Shown here: positions 50,419 to 60,446 of the stretch, one piece after another
How positions within the stretch are numbered: the first letter of the stretch is position 1
Layout of the letters: the number at the start of each line of letters is the position of its first letter
Assembly (NCBI GenBank): GCA_947589115.1
Contig: CANPZP010000003.1
Coordinates: 355 to 64,354, forward strand
DNA: 64,000 nt
Reading direction: 5' to 3'
From: Candidatus Gastranaerophilales bacterium
GTDB taxonomy: Bacteria > Cyanobacteriota > Vampirovibrionia > Gastranaerophilales > Gastranaerophilaceae
Notes under the pieces: generated by a model
Told to the model about the DNA's origin: nothing
Database searches by the model: none
Seen by the model: the letters and a program-made list of their open reading frames with translations, nothing else
Program-made: the position numbers and the translations under genes

Positions 50419-50735
50419 ATTTTCCTCCGGTAGTTTTAAATTTATAATACTATGCACAATTTTTAATATCAATAGTGAAAATATCTTATTTGATAAAGTT
50501 ATAATTTTATAAACATAAAAATGTTAACTTTTGTAATGAGCTTAAAATGCATGCCGGGACATGTTTTCACGTAATTAAGTTATTTTTGTTTATATGTATT
50601 AACAAATGTAAACTAAAATTTAAATCATGAAAAAGCATGCCCTGTCATGCTTTCCATGATTTTTAATTTTTTTGTTAAAAAACAACTCTAGCCCCTTATA
50701 TTCAATAAATCATATTATTTTTATTGGTATAAGTT

Positions 50736-51308
50736 ATGCATAATTACAATAATATTTCATATATAAACAATAAAATTATAAATATACAGTCGGAAATTTT
50801 ATTCAGAGAAGCGGAAGATGATTTATTTTACTTTAATAAAATCAATTCCGCATATAAAAAGCTGCAAAAAGGTATAAAATTAACTCCCTGCCACTATAAA
50901 AGCATTATGCTTCTTGCCGATATATGTATTATAAAAGGGTACTATAATAAAGCATTAAATTTGTATAAAGAAGCTGAACACATTTGTGATTCTTTCAAAA
51001 TATCAGCATCTATATGTAACTGTTATTACCTAATGAAAATGGATAAAGAAGCATTAAAATACTGCGAAAAAGCTCTTCAAAATTTTGACGGAGATAATTT
51101 TTTACTCTATTCTCAAATAACGGAAATAAAAGTAAATATACTTATTAATCTTAAATTATATAAAAAAGCTTACAAGACGGTTTTAAAATCTAAAAATATA
51201 ATAGATGCCATATCTTTAAAGAATATATATAATACGGAATACGAATTATTAAACGGTAAAATAAATCTACAAAAAAAGATAAAATATTCAGGTCTTAAAA
51301 TTGTGTAG
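50736..51308 (+). CDS. TPR-repeat protein
   Basis: Repeated A..Y..A....P / Y..AL..Y..A helical-repeat pattern. Confidence 0.55.
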   Translation: MHNYNNISYINNKIINIQSEILFREAEDDLFYFNKINSAYKKLQKGIKLTPCHYKSIMLLADICIIKGYYNKALNLYKEAEHICDSFKISASICNCYYLMKMDKEALKYCEKALQNFDGDNFLLYSQITEIKVNILINLKLYKKAYKTVLKSKNIIDAISLKNIYNTEYELLNGKINLQKKIKYSGLKIV

Positions 51309-51344
51309 TATAATAACTACTAAGAGTATTAAGAAAGAGAAGAT

Positions 51345-52313
51345 ATGAAAGCAGTCGTATTTGACGAGGAATTAAAACTGTGTTCCGATATGGAAATACC
51401 CAAAATGAGAGCTGAAGAGGCATTAGTAAAAGTAATTGTCTGCGGTATTTGTAATACAGATTATGAGATTACAAAAGGCTACATGGGATATAAAGGTATT
51501 TTAGGCCACGAATTTATAGGAATAGTAGAGGATGTTAATTCAAAAGATAAGTCTTGGATAAATAAACGTGTAGCCGGAGAAATAAATAACGGTTGTATGG
51601 TGTGCGAATACTGTAAAAAAGGGCTTGAAAGACATTGTCCGAACAGAGAAACTCTGGGGATTTGGCATAAAGACGGATGTATGGCGGAATATGTCACTAT
51701 TCCGATTAAAAATCTTATTGAAATTCCGGATTCGGTAAGTAATAATGATGCCGTTTTTATAGAACCTTTAGCTGCCGCTCTTGAAATACTTGAACAATTA
51801 CACATTAAACCTATAGATAAAACTGCCGTTTTAGGTGATGGCAAATTGGGATTAATTACCGCACTTGCGCTTAATTCTTCGGGCTTGGATATTACTTTAA
51901 TAGGTAAACATCAAAATAAACTGGATATTGCAAAAAAACAAGGAGTAAAAACAATATTATCGGAAAATGTTGATGTAAAACCGGTCTATGATGTTGTTAT
52001 TGAAGCAACAGGCTCAGTTTCCGGTTTTGAAACTTCCTTAGCGCTTGTTAAGCCGAGAGGAACTCTTGTTTTAAAAAGCACTATAGCAGCATCAAAAGAA
52101 TTTAATTTCGCACCCGTTGTTATTAACGAAATTACTATTCTGGGTTCAAGATGCGGCAGATTTAAACCCGCTTTAAATTATATTAAACAAAAAAAGATAA
52201 ACTTTGAACCTTTAATATCAGGCATTTTCCCTTTTGATAAAGCAATTGAAGCATTTGAAAAGAATAAACAAAAAGATTCTCTGAAAATTCTTATTTCAAC
52301 GGAGATTAAATAG
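51345..52313 (+). CDS. Zinc-type medium-chain dehydrogenase/reductase
   Basis: CGICNTD...GHE; structural zinc C..C..C.......C; Rossmann LGDGKLG. Confidence 0.8.
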   Translation: MKAVVFDEELKLCSDMEIPKMRAEEALVKVIVCGICNTDYEITKGYMGYKGILGHEFIGIVEDVNSKDKSWINKRVAGEINNGCMVCEYCKKGLERHCPNRETLGIWHKDGCMAEYVTIPIKNLIEIPDSVSNNDAVFIEPLAAALEILEQLHIKPIDKTAVLGDGKLGLITALALNSSGLDITLIGKHQNKLDIAKKQGVKTILSENVDVKPVYDVVIEATGSVSGFETSLALVKPRGTLVLKSTIAASKEFNFAPVVINEITILGSRCGRFKPALNYIKQKKINFEPLISGIFPFDKAIEAFEKNKQKDSLKILISTEIK

Positions 52314-52315
52314 TA

Positions 52316-53332
52316 GTGAAAATCAGTTTTAAAAGAATAATCCTTTTTTTAATTACTTGTTTGTTTCTTCTGCTTATATTTATTAATCTGGATTTTTTAG
52401 AATTAATTAAAATTATAAAAAATTTTAATTGCAAATATATAATTTTAATAACAATTTCAATAATATGTTCTTTATCATTAAGAGGGGTGTGCTTTAAACA
52501 GCTTATATCCAAAACAATTAATGCACCGTTAAAAAATTTAATACCTTTATGTTTAACAGGCGCAGCACTTAATATAATATTACCTGCAAGAGCGGGAGAT
52601 TTTTTTCGGGCTTGGTATACGGGCGCTAAATATAATGCCGATAAAATAAAAATACTGGGCAGTATTATACTTGAAAGAATTTTAGACGGAATTATCATAT
52701 TTTTCTTATTACTAGCAGGATTAATCACCCATAATACAAATCCTCTTGCATTAAAATTACTATATTGTGCGGGTTTTTTCTTTATCAGCTGTTTATTAAT
52801 TGCTTTTCTGATATTTAAATACAACAAAACAGACACTATTTGTAATTTTATAAAAGAAAAAGCCGATAAATTGCCAAAAACAATTTCTCATATTATTAAT
52901 AATTTTATTTCGTATATTAATAAATTGTTAAATTCATTTATCAACGGATTTGAAATTCTTTTATATCCCAAAAAACTCATATATATTTTATTTTCGGTAT
53001 TCGGTATATGGTTTTTCGAATGTTTATGCTACTACTTTACCATTCAAGGTTTCGGTATTGAAGTTAATCCGACGGTCGTACTATTTATCATAAGTTTTAT
53101 AGCTTTAGCAAGTATGATACCGTCAACATCTATTTTTATAGGCCCGTATCAAATTGCGGTTATTTCCGCTTTTTCAATATACGGTATAAACAAAGAAACT
53201 GCCATTGCCATATCCGTTACAGAACAAGCAATAATAACTCTTACCGTATCAATTTGCGCCACATTATTTCTTGTAAAGAATAATATTTCATATAAAGAAA
53301 TTAAACAAGATGTAATTCCCTCTAAAAAATAA
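52316..53332 (+). CDS. UPF0104 / lysylphosphatidylglycerol-synthase TM-region-like flippase-like membrane protein
   Basis: 8 TM segments; LPARAGDFFRAWY motif; GTG start. Confidence 0.65.
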   Translation: MKISFKRIILFLITCLFLLLIFINLDFLELIKIIKNFNCKYIILITISIICSLSLRGVCFKQLISKTINAPLKNLIPLCLTGAALNIILPARAGDFFRAWYTGAKYNADKIKILGSIILERILDGIIIFFLLLAGLITHNTNPLALKLLYCAGFFFISCLLIAFLIFKYNKTDTICNFIKEKADKLPKTISHIINNFISYINKLLNSFINGFEILLYPKKLIYILFSVFGIWFFECLCYYFTIQGFGIEVNPTVVLFIISFIALASMIPSTSIFIGPYQIAVISAFSIYGINKETAIAISVTEQAIITLTVSICATLFLVKNNISYKEIKQDVIPSKK

Positions 53333-53487
53333 ATTAAAACGTTATATTAAGAAATATTAATATACTAAAAACCAATAATATTAATATGTTTGAATCCTCA
53401 TGAAATTGGGTGGTAAATTCCCAAAAGGGCAATTTTTTTGGTGCATTTTTTTTAATATTATTAAGTAATAAAAAAAGGAGTTAATAA

Positions 53488-54426
53488 ATGGTAAGTATTA
53501 GCAGTACAACGGCAGCTAACGGTATTAATTTATACACAGCTCAAAATAGCGTTCAAGTTAAAGAACCTCCTAAAGATTCAAAAACGGAAGATGCATCAAA
53601 AATTATAGGTATTACATTATCAAGTCTTGCTGCTATCGGGCTGGGAGTACTTGCAGTAAAAAAGGGAGTATTTAAAAAACAAATACAAAGCGTTGAAAAA
53701 ATAGCTAAATCTGCCGCTAATAAAATAGCAAAAGGCGGTAATTATTCAAAAATAAGAGAAGAAGCAACTAAAAACTTTTCAAAAGAAGATAAAAAAATTA
53801 TTAAAAATACACTTTCAGAAGCACGCAGCGCATATGTTTCCAAACAATTACAGCAGCAAAGAAATGTTTCAAAAAACATTCAAGAAGGCTTAAAAGCAAA
53901 AGGAAATATTAAAAATTCACTCCAAGGCATGAAATCTGCAACCGAAGAAGGAGTAAAAGATAGTGTTAAAATTGCAAAAGACAGCTATAGTACAATTAAA
54001 AATGCTTCTAAAGATGCTTCAAAATTAGCAAAGAATAATCCTACTTCAAAGAACACTAAATTAGCAAGAACAATGGAAAATAAGCACCTTCAAGCTAAAA
54101 ATGAATTAACGCATGTACAAAAACAAGGCGAGATAAGAATTCAGGAAATTAATGCCAAAGCAGAACAAAAAGCAGCAAATGTTGCCCAATATCGAGCTGG
54201 TCAGACAAAGGAAAGCATAGAAAAAATGCAAAACAACGCTGTCAAGACATATAATAATTCAATAAAAAGAAAAGTGGTAAGAGATGTTAATAAACCCGGT
54301 TATCAAAGAGCTTTCAACAGATTAATAAAATTCTCTCCGGAACAATTAACAAAAGTGGTAAATTCAAAAAAGAGCAGTGCTGCAGAAATAAAAGCTGCAA
54401 AAGACTTATTAAAGATTTATCAATAA
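53488..54426 (+). CDS. Lys-rich single-pass membrane / coiled-coil protein
   Basis: TM IIGITLSSLAAIGLGVLAV after a 35-aa hydrophilic N-terminus; the rest is K/A/N-rich and helical. Confidence 0.6.
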   Translation: MVSISSTTAANGINLYTAQNSVQVKEPPKDSKTEDASKIIGITLSSLAAIGLGVLAVKKGVFKKQIQSVEKIAKSAANKIAKGGNYSKIREEATKNFSKEDKKIIKNTLSEARSAYVSKQLQQQRNVSKNIQEGLKAKGNIKNSLQGMKSATEEGVKDSVKIAKDSYSTIKNASKDASKLAKNNPTSKNTKLARTMENKHLQAKNELTHVQKQGEIRIQEINAKAEQKAANVAQYRAGQTKESIEKMQNNAVKTYNNSIKRKVVRDVNKPGYQRAFNRLIKFSPEQLTKVVNSKKSSAAEIKAAKDLLKIYQ

Positions 54427-54433
54427 AAAATAA

Positions 54434-54465
54434 AAAAAGCCCTCTTATAAAGAGGGCTTTTTATT
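54434..54465. terminator. Bidirectional rho-independent terminator
   Basis: AAAAAAGCCCTCT-TATAA-AGAGGGCTTTTT. Confidence 0.8.
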
Positions 54466-54474
54466 TTATATTAT

Positions 54475-55848
54475 TTAGTTTTTTAAGAGATATTCATTAA
54501 TAGCCTTAGCGGCACGTTTACCTGCTCCCATTGCATTAATAGCGGTAGAAGAACCCGTAGGAGCCACATCGCCTCCTGCATATACACCGTCAATTGATGT
54601 TTCACCGGTTTCTGCATTAATTATTATATAACCTTTGGGATTTGTTTCCAGATTCATATTATCTCTAAGCATAGAAGATTGAATTGTAGGATTAGGCCCC
54701 GTACCTAAGGCAACTACAACGGTATCAACGTCTAAATCAACCGTTTGACCCGTAGGCATCGGTTTTCTTCTTCCGGATTCATCAGGTTCGCCGAGTTCCA
54801 TTATTTCAAATTTCATTCCGTTTACATAACCGTCTTTATTATAAATTTCTTTAGGTGCATGTAAGAATTTAAAGATTACCCCTTCTTCTTTAGCGTGGCG
54901 GATTTCTTCCAAACGTGCGGGAAGTTCGGCTTCGGTACGTCTATAGACAATGTAAACTTCCTTAAATCCGACTCTTACGGCAACTCTTGCAGCATCCATA
55001 GCAACATTACCTCCGCCTATAACTGCCGCTTTTTCTCCGACTCTTATAGGTGTTGCGGTTTCTTCAAGATTTGCCTGCATCAAATTAACTCTTGTTAAAA
55101 ATTCATTAGCGGAATAAACACCGTTTAAGTTTTCTCCGGGGATGCCCATCATTTTGGGAAGTCCCGCACCGGAGCCTATAACTATTGCATCAAATCCGTC
55201 ATCTTTTAATTGTTTCACGGTAATTGATTTACCTACAACTACATTTGTTACGAATTTAACTCCCATAGCTTTTAAATTTGATATTTCTTTATCCAAGAAT
55301 GTTCTGGGGAGTCTAAAAGGAGGTATACCATATCTTAAAACCCCTCCAAGCTTATGAAGAGCTTCAAAAACAACTACTTCATGACCTGCTTTTCTTAAAT
55401 CGGCAGCTGCCGTAATCCCTGCACAACCTGAACCTATTATGGCAACTTTCTTTCCTGTTTCTTTAATGTCGCCGATTTTTACATTGGTTGCATCTCCGAC
55501 ATAACGTTCCAATGCTCCTATAGCTATCGGTTCTGATTTTATACCTAATACGCATTTACCTTCACATTGACGTTCTTGCGGGCATACTCTTCCGCATACG
55601 GAAGGAAGTAAACTTGATTCTCTTATTACTTCACCTGCTTTTTCTATATTTCCTTCTTTTATTTCTTTTATAAATTCAGGAATTTTAATATTTACCGGAC
55701 ATCCTTGTACACATCTCGGATTTTTACAATTTAAGCATCTTGATGCTTCTAATTTTGCCTGTTCATCCGTTAAATTTGATTCCACCGCATCGAAATTTGT
55801 GCGTCTTACCATCGGATCTTGTTCATGTTGTCTTTGTCTTACTGCCAT
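54475..55848 (-). CDS. GltD-family NAD(P)H-dependent oxidoreductase (homotetrameric glutamate synthase / NfnB / SudA-like)
   Basis: N-terminal Fe-S Cys clusters (CLNCKNPRCVQGCP, CGRVCP.E.QCE..C) and two dinucleotide folds (IIGSGCAG, VIGGGNVAMD). Confidence 0.85.
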   Translation of the reverse strand: MAVRQRQHEQDPMVRRTNFDAVESNLTDEQAKLEASRCLNCKNPRCVQGCPVNIKIPEFIKEIKEGNIEKAGEVIRESSLLPSVCGRVCPQERQCEGKCVLGIKSEPIAIGALERYVGDATNVKIGDIKETGKKVAIIGSGCAGITAAADLRKAGHEVVVFEALHKLGGVLRYGIPPFRLPRTFLDKEISNLKAMGVKFVTNVVVGKSITVKQLKDDGFDAIVIGSGAGLPKMMGIPGENLNGVYSANEFLTRVNLMQANLEETATPIRVGEKAAVIGGGNVAMDAARVAVRVGFKEVYIVYRRTEAELPARLEEIRHAKEEGVIFKFLHAPKEIYNKDGYVNGMKFEIMELGEPDESGRRKPMPTGQTVDLDVDTVVVALGTGPNPTIQSSMLRDNMNLETNPKGYIIINAETGETSIDGVYAGGDVAPTGSSTAINAMGAGKRAAKAINEYLLKN

Positions 55849-55999
55849 TTTATTTCCCTTTTCTTATTTAATAAAATACTGTTTTTAATATCCTAATTGT
55901 TTATCAGGCTTTTTGTTATACGTTAATTATACTATAACAAAAATATTTTGAAAAATTTTTGTTTATGCTAAATTTTATTTAAATGAGATGGGAGAGAAT

Positions 56000-57178
56000 A
56001 TGAATATCAATAAAAATTATTTAAATTTGCAAGACAGTTATTTGTTTTCAACAATAGCCAAAAAAGTAGCGGAATATACCCAATTAAACCCCGATAAAAA
56101 AATAATAAGACTTGGAATAGGGGATGTAACATTACCTTTAGCACCCACGGTTGTGGAAGCTATCAAAAAAGCAGCTGATGAAATGGGTGTACAAAGCACT
56201 TTTAAAGGGTACGGCCCCGAACAAGGTTATAGTTTTTTACGAGAAGCAATCAAAAAATATTATTCTAAAAAATCAGTAGATATTGCGGAAGATGAAATTT
56301 TTATATCAGACGGTGCAAAAAGTGATTTAGGTAACATCTTGGATATTTTTTCTCTTGACAATACCGTATTGGTTCCCGATCCTGTTTATCCTGTTTATGT
56401 AGATACAAATATAATGGCGGGAAGAAAAATAATTTATGCGGATGCAAATGAATCTAACGGATTTTTACCCTTACCGGATGAAAACGTTAAATGTGATATT
56501 ATATATATTTGTTCTCCTAATAACCCCACAGGTGCCGTTTATACAAAAGAAGGTCTGAAAAAATGGGTTGATTATGCTTTAAAAAATGATGCAATAATAC
56601 TTTTTGATGCGGCATATGAATGTTTCATTAAATCGGAAGAACTGCCTAACAGCATTTATGAAATTGAAGGGGCTAAAAACTGTGCAATTGAATTTTGTTC
56701 TTTCTCTAAAACTGCAGGTTTTACGGGGACAAGGTGCGGTTATACGGTTGTACCTAAATCTCTTATTAAACAAGGTACTCCATTAAACAAATTATGGCTG
56801 AGAAGGCAGACTACCAAATTTAACGGAGTTCCATATATTGTTCAAAAAGCAGCAGAAGCTGTTTTCTCCGAATTAGGTCAAAAACAAATAAAAGAAAATA
56901 TTCAATATTACAGTGAAAATGCAAAAATTATAGCAGATACCATGGAAAGTAAAGGCATTTGGTATACCGGAGGAAAACACTCTCCTTATATCTGGTTAAA
57001 ATGCCCGAACAATATGTCATCATGGGATTTCTTTGATTATTTATTAAATAATATAGCTGTAGTCGGAACTCCGGGTGCAGGCTTCGGGAAAAACGGAGAA
57101 GGATATTTCAGATTAACCTCATTCGGCGACAGAAATAAAACCATTGAAGCTATGGAAAGATTTAAAAAATTATTTTAA
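56000..57178 (+). CDS. dapL: LL-diaminopimelate aminotransferase
   Basis: [40 protein letters not shown]; about 390 aa. Confidence 0.85.
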   Translation: MNINKNYLNLQDSYLFSTIAKKVAEYTQLNPDKKIIRLGIGDVTLPLAPTVVEAIKKAADEMGVQSTFKGYGPEQGYSFLREAIKKYYSKKSVDIAEDEIFISDGAKSDLGNILDIFSLDNTVLVPDPVYPVYVDTNIMAGRKIIYADANESNGFLPLPDENVKCDIIYICSPNNPTGAVYTKEGLKKWVDYALKNDAIILFDAAYECFIKSEELPNSIYEIEGAKNCAIEFCSFSKTAGFTGTRCGYTVVPKSLIKQGTPLNKLWLRRQTTKFNGVPYIVQKAAEAVFSELGQKQIKENIQYYSENAKIIADTMESKGIWYTGGKHSPYIWLKCPNNMSSWDFFDYLLNNIAVVGTPGAGFGKNGEGYFRLTSFGDRNKTIEAMERFKKLF

Positions 57179-57187
57179 TTTATTCAT

Positions 57188-57220
57188 AAAAAAACAAGGA
57201 ATTAATCTCCTTGTTTTTTT
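57188..57220. terminator. Bidirectional terminator overlapping the 3' end of the 110-aa gene
   Basis: AAACAAGGA-ATTAATC-TCCTTGTTTTTTT. Confidence 0.7.
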
Positions 57221-57534
57221 CCTAAGCTTCGAATTAAAAACATAATTTCACTGTTAACCGTTGGTCGTAAATACCATTCAATAATATAGCGTTCAATGCC
57301 AAAGCAATGCCCTTTTTCTCTCATCCCTGTTAAGGCATTAAATGTTACTTCACACATCCCTATTTGAACGCTGAAACTCGGTTTTTGAGGATTTCTTATA
57401 TCAAATGTTATGGATAATGACCTGACTCGTCTAAAACCGCCGGAAACTCTATCCTCTACCTCTTGTTTGGTACACAGATACTGTATTAATGACTGTTCCA
57501 ATTTTGCTATTTCAGGATTTTTTCCTATTGCCAT
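57202..57534 (-). CDS. Small hypothetical protein, possibly distant DUF4160-like
   Basis: ITFDIRNPQKPSFSVQIGMCEVTFNALTGMREKGHC......IIEW parallels the DUF4160 pattern I.MY.DDH.PPHFH..YG...A.I...T.....G.L.......V.EW. The two His residues are replaced by Ser. Confidence 0.4.
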   Translation of the reverse strand: MAIGKNPEIAKLEQSLIQYLCTKQEVEDRVSGGFRRVRSLSITFDIRNPQKPSFSVQIGMCEVTFNALTGMREKGHCFGIERYIIEWYLRPTVNSEIMFLIRSLGKKQGD

Positions 57535-57606
57535 TTTGCCTCTGTGTCTCCGTTATTTACTCTCTTTTCTAATATACCACAATATTATTATTGCATAATA
57601 TATTTA

Positions 57607-57636
57607 CAAAAAAAATGCTCTTTTTTTAAAAGAGCG
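57607..57636 (-). terminator. Rho-independent terminator after the yhaO/yhaN-like operon
   Basis: Minus strand reads GCTCTTT-TAAAA-AAAGAGC, then ATTTTTTTT. Confidence 0.65.
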
Positions 57637-57761
57637 TTAACTAGGTTAGTTTTGGTAGATAGTTGTTCAGTTTTAGACTTTTATCAGTCTTACACTTTCT
57701 TTAATGACCCTGAAAAAATTTTAGTGCGCTTTTTAATTACTAATTTTACAATTCTTAATAA

Positions 57762-60446
57762 TTAAATATTTATAACTTTAACTTCATTATCAATATTTAA
57801 AGAATTAATTAAATTTAATATGTATTCGGAGTGACATGTAAAGAAAAGCACCTGATTGGACTTTGAAAATTCCCAAAGGCATGAGAGTGCATTTTTGGTA
57901 CGTTCCGAATCAAAATTCACAAATGCATCATCTATAATTACGGGTAAATTTGCTCTTCCGTTAGGAAGCTTCGTTGTTTTGTCCAGAGAATAATTAGATG
58001 CATAACCCAATCTCAGTGCAAGATAAAGCTGTTCTTTTGTTCCTCTTGATAATTCATTCCAATCCTTTGAGGTTAAATCATTGAATATTTTTTCCGTTTC
58101 AGGATTAATTTTATAATATTTACCGCCTGTTAATATTTTTAAGTAGTTTTGAGCATTAATTAAATCAGGCAAAGAAGAATTAAGATTACTTTTTGCTTTT
58201 TCGGTTATACCCATTATCATTTTGTACTTATATAATTCTTGAATTTTTTGTCTGTATTCATTCAGTAATATATTTCTTTGTATTTTTAATTTATCGAGTC
58301 CTTCAACATGTTCCAAATCATGTTTATTTAATTCAGATTTTTTTAGTAATTCTTCTTGTTCTTCTATAGTTCTTTTAAGATTTTCTTCCTCTTGTTTAAT
58401 TTCCTCTACAGAAGAGTTTTCAAAGGTATTATCAATTATTTTGTTTCTTAAATTATTTATATTTTCTTTTAAATTATTAATTTCAAATTCTAAAATGCCT
58501 TTTTTATTTTTAATTTCTATATTTAAATCATAATATTTTTTTAAATTTATTACAGTTTCTTCAATATTTTCCGAAATTTGTATTTCTATTGAATTGTCAT
58601 TTATAAAATTATAAATTTCGTTTTTTATTTTATCGTTATTCATTTGAAGCTCGATTAATTCGGATTTTAATTTTTGCTTAGCTTCAATATTATTTTTTAT
58701 TATATTTATTAATTCGGATACTTTTATATAGTCATCAATTTTTATATCCGCATTTGAATTAATCTGATTAATTAATTCTTTTGATTCATTTATAAGCTCA
58801 TCAGTTTTTAATTTGTTTTGATTTTGTGTATTTAATAAATTTTCAAGTTTTTCTTTATTATAGTTCGTTTCGGAAACATTTTTATTTACCTTTTCGGATA
58901 AAGATTGATAATCTTTGATTTTATTATAAAGATGCTGTTTAAAACTCTCAAATTTTAATACGGGGGTATAAAATTCTTTATCATTTAAAAATTCGGAATT
59001 ATATGAATTAATAATTTTGTTTAATTCATTAAATATATCATCTTTATATTTTATAAGCTTATTTCTTTTTTCGGAAGTTTTATTTAATGAGATTTTTATC
59101 AGAAAACATAAAGCCAATGCCGATAATACCGTACCCGAAATTACCGATATTAAATTATTTTTATATATTCCGAAAATAACAACTGCTGAAAAAAATATAA
59201 CTGATAAAATATAAACAATAACAGTATTTTTATTTAATTTTGATGCACTTGAGTTTTCACTTTGAGTAATTTCATTTAAAATGTAGTTATATTGTTTTAA
59301 ACCTTCTTCTATTCGCTCATATGTATTCGTCAAATTATTAATTTCACCCATTGAATCCAAATCAATAATATCTTTTTCGTGTTTTAATTTTAACAAATTA
59401 TCTTCTAAATCTTTTTTTATTAAATCCGTATTTAAAATTTCCTGTTTAAATAAATTTATGGTTTCGGAATTTTCATGTATTTTTTTATTGATTTCATTAT
59501 CAATTTTAAAATTTAATATATCTTCTTCCGTAAAATTCAATGAATATAAAGTATTTAACTTTCCTATATCATCAATTATTTTATTATCTGACTCATCAAT
59601 TCTTTGACAAATAATGTTTAAATTTACGCTGTTATTTTGAAATTTTCCGTAATCTTCAATAATTTGAGTATATTTCTCTTTGGAATTATAAAGTTTATCA
59701 TTAAAATTCACACTTTCTTTTTTTAATTCCAAATCCTTATTTTCCAAAGAATTATTCAATTCTTTTAACGATTTTAATGTATTAAGATTTTCATATTGTT
59801 TTTTTAATGAATCGATTTTTTCATAAAGAGCTTTAATCTCATTTAAAACGTTATAATAATCGGTTTCTTTTGAAGAAAGCCTTCTTATTTCGGTGCTGAT
59901 ATTTTCCGCTTCTTTTAAAAGTTTACTTATATCGGAAGTAAGTCTGTTATTATCCCCGTATATTTTTTTTGCATTATTTTTAATAATTTCTATTTTGGAA
60001 TTAAGTTTATCACCTGCAGGATTAGTTAAAATATCCGCTAAAGAAACGTTATCATCGGTTAATAATGACATTAAATCATCAAGATTTATACTAAAAGCAT
60101 TTTGAAAATACCCTGAATCTATATGTTTTGTAATGATGTAATCCAAATTGGAATCATTTGCTTCATTTGATATTTGAAGCCGTTTATTTTTTAATTTATG
60201 GTCTTTTATATCCGCACGATAAATATTAACATCCTCATCAGAAGTTATTTTAAAAATAATATTGCCCGTATCAACATCTTTTTCTTTTAAGAATCCTTTA
60301 CTGATAAAATCAATGACAGAGGATTTACCCGCTTCATTATTTCCGCAGATTATATTAAATCCGTCTGCAAACTCATATTTAATACCGGTTTTTATATCTT
60401 TTGCACTTTTTTCAATTACTAATGACTGAATAATGAATTTAATCAT
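57762..60446 (-). CDS. SMC/Rad50-like AAA ATPase (YhaN/SbcE-like) with central transmembrane hairpin
   Basis: Walker A ICGNNEAGKSS; C-terminal signature LSRGTKEQLYLALRL; Walker B PVIIDDAFVNFD; long coiled coils. Two hydrophobic helices lie at about aa 405-450. Confidence 0.75.
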   Translation of the reverse strand: MIKFIIQSLVIEKSAKDIKTGIKYEFADGFNIICGNNEAGKSSVIDFISKGFLKEKDVDTGNIIFKITSDEDVNIYRADIKDHKLKNKRLQISNEANDSNLDYIITKHIDSGYFQNAFSINLDDLMSLLTDDNVSLADILTNPAGDKLNSKIEIIKNNAKKIYGDNNRLTSDISKLLKEAENISTEIRRLSSKETDYYNVLNEIKALYEKIDSLKKQYENLNTLKSLKELNNSLENKDLELKKESVNFNDKLYNSKEKYTQIIEDYGKFQNNSVNLNIICQRIDESDNKIIDDIGKLNTLYSLNFTEEDILNFKIDNEINKKIHENSETINLFKQEILNTDLIKKDLEDNLLKLKHEKDIIDLDSMGEINNLTNTYERIEEGLKQYNYILNEITQSENSSASKLNKNTVIVYILSVIFFSAVVIFGIYKNNLISVISGTVLSALALCFLIKISLNKTSEKRNKLIKYKDDIFNELNKIINSYNSEFLNDKEFYTPVLKFESFKQHLYNKIKDYQSLSEKVNKNVSETNYNKEKLENLLNTQNQNKLKTDELINESKELINQINSNADIKIDDYIKVSELINIIKNNIEAKQKLKSELIELQMNNDKIKNEIYNFINDNSIEIQISENIEETVINLKKYYDLNIEIKNKKGILEFEINNLKENINNLRNKIIDNTFENSSVEEIKQEEENLKRTIEEQEELLKKSELNKHDLEHVEGLDKLKIQRNILLNEYRQKIQELYKYKMIMGITEKAKSNLNSSLPDLINAQNYLKILTGGKYYKINPETEKIFNDLTSKDWNELSRGTKEQLYLALRLGYASNYSLDKTTKLPNGRANLPVIIDDAFVNFDSERTKNALSCLWEFSKSNQVLFFTCHSEYILNLINSLNIDNEVKVINI

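Noticed and set aside
50537-50659. Tiny ORFs within the two hairpins: MSLKCMPGHVFT* (50537-50575) and MKKHALSCFP* (50627-50659).
   Set aside because: The repeated nucleotides fall in different frames in the two ORFs, so conservation is at the DNA/RNA level, not the peptide level.
53354-53387. Two copies of the 10-bp palindrome ATATTAATAT, 24 bp apart, upstream of the Lys-rich membrane protein gene.
   Set aside because: Pure A/T palindromes of this length are expected by chance in spacers this AT-rich.
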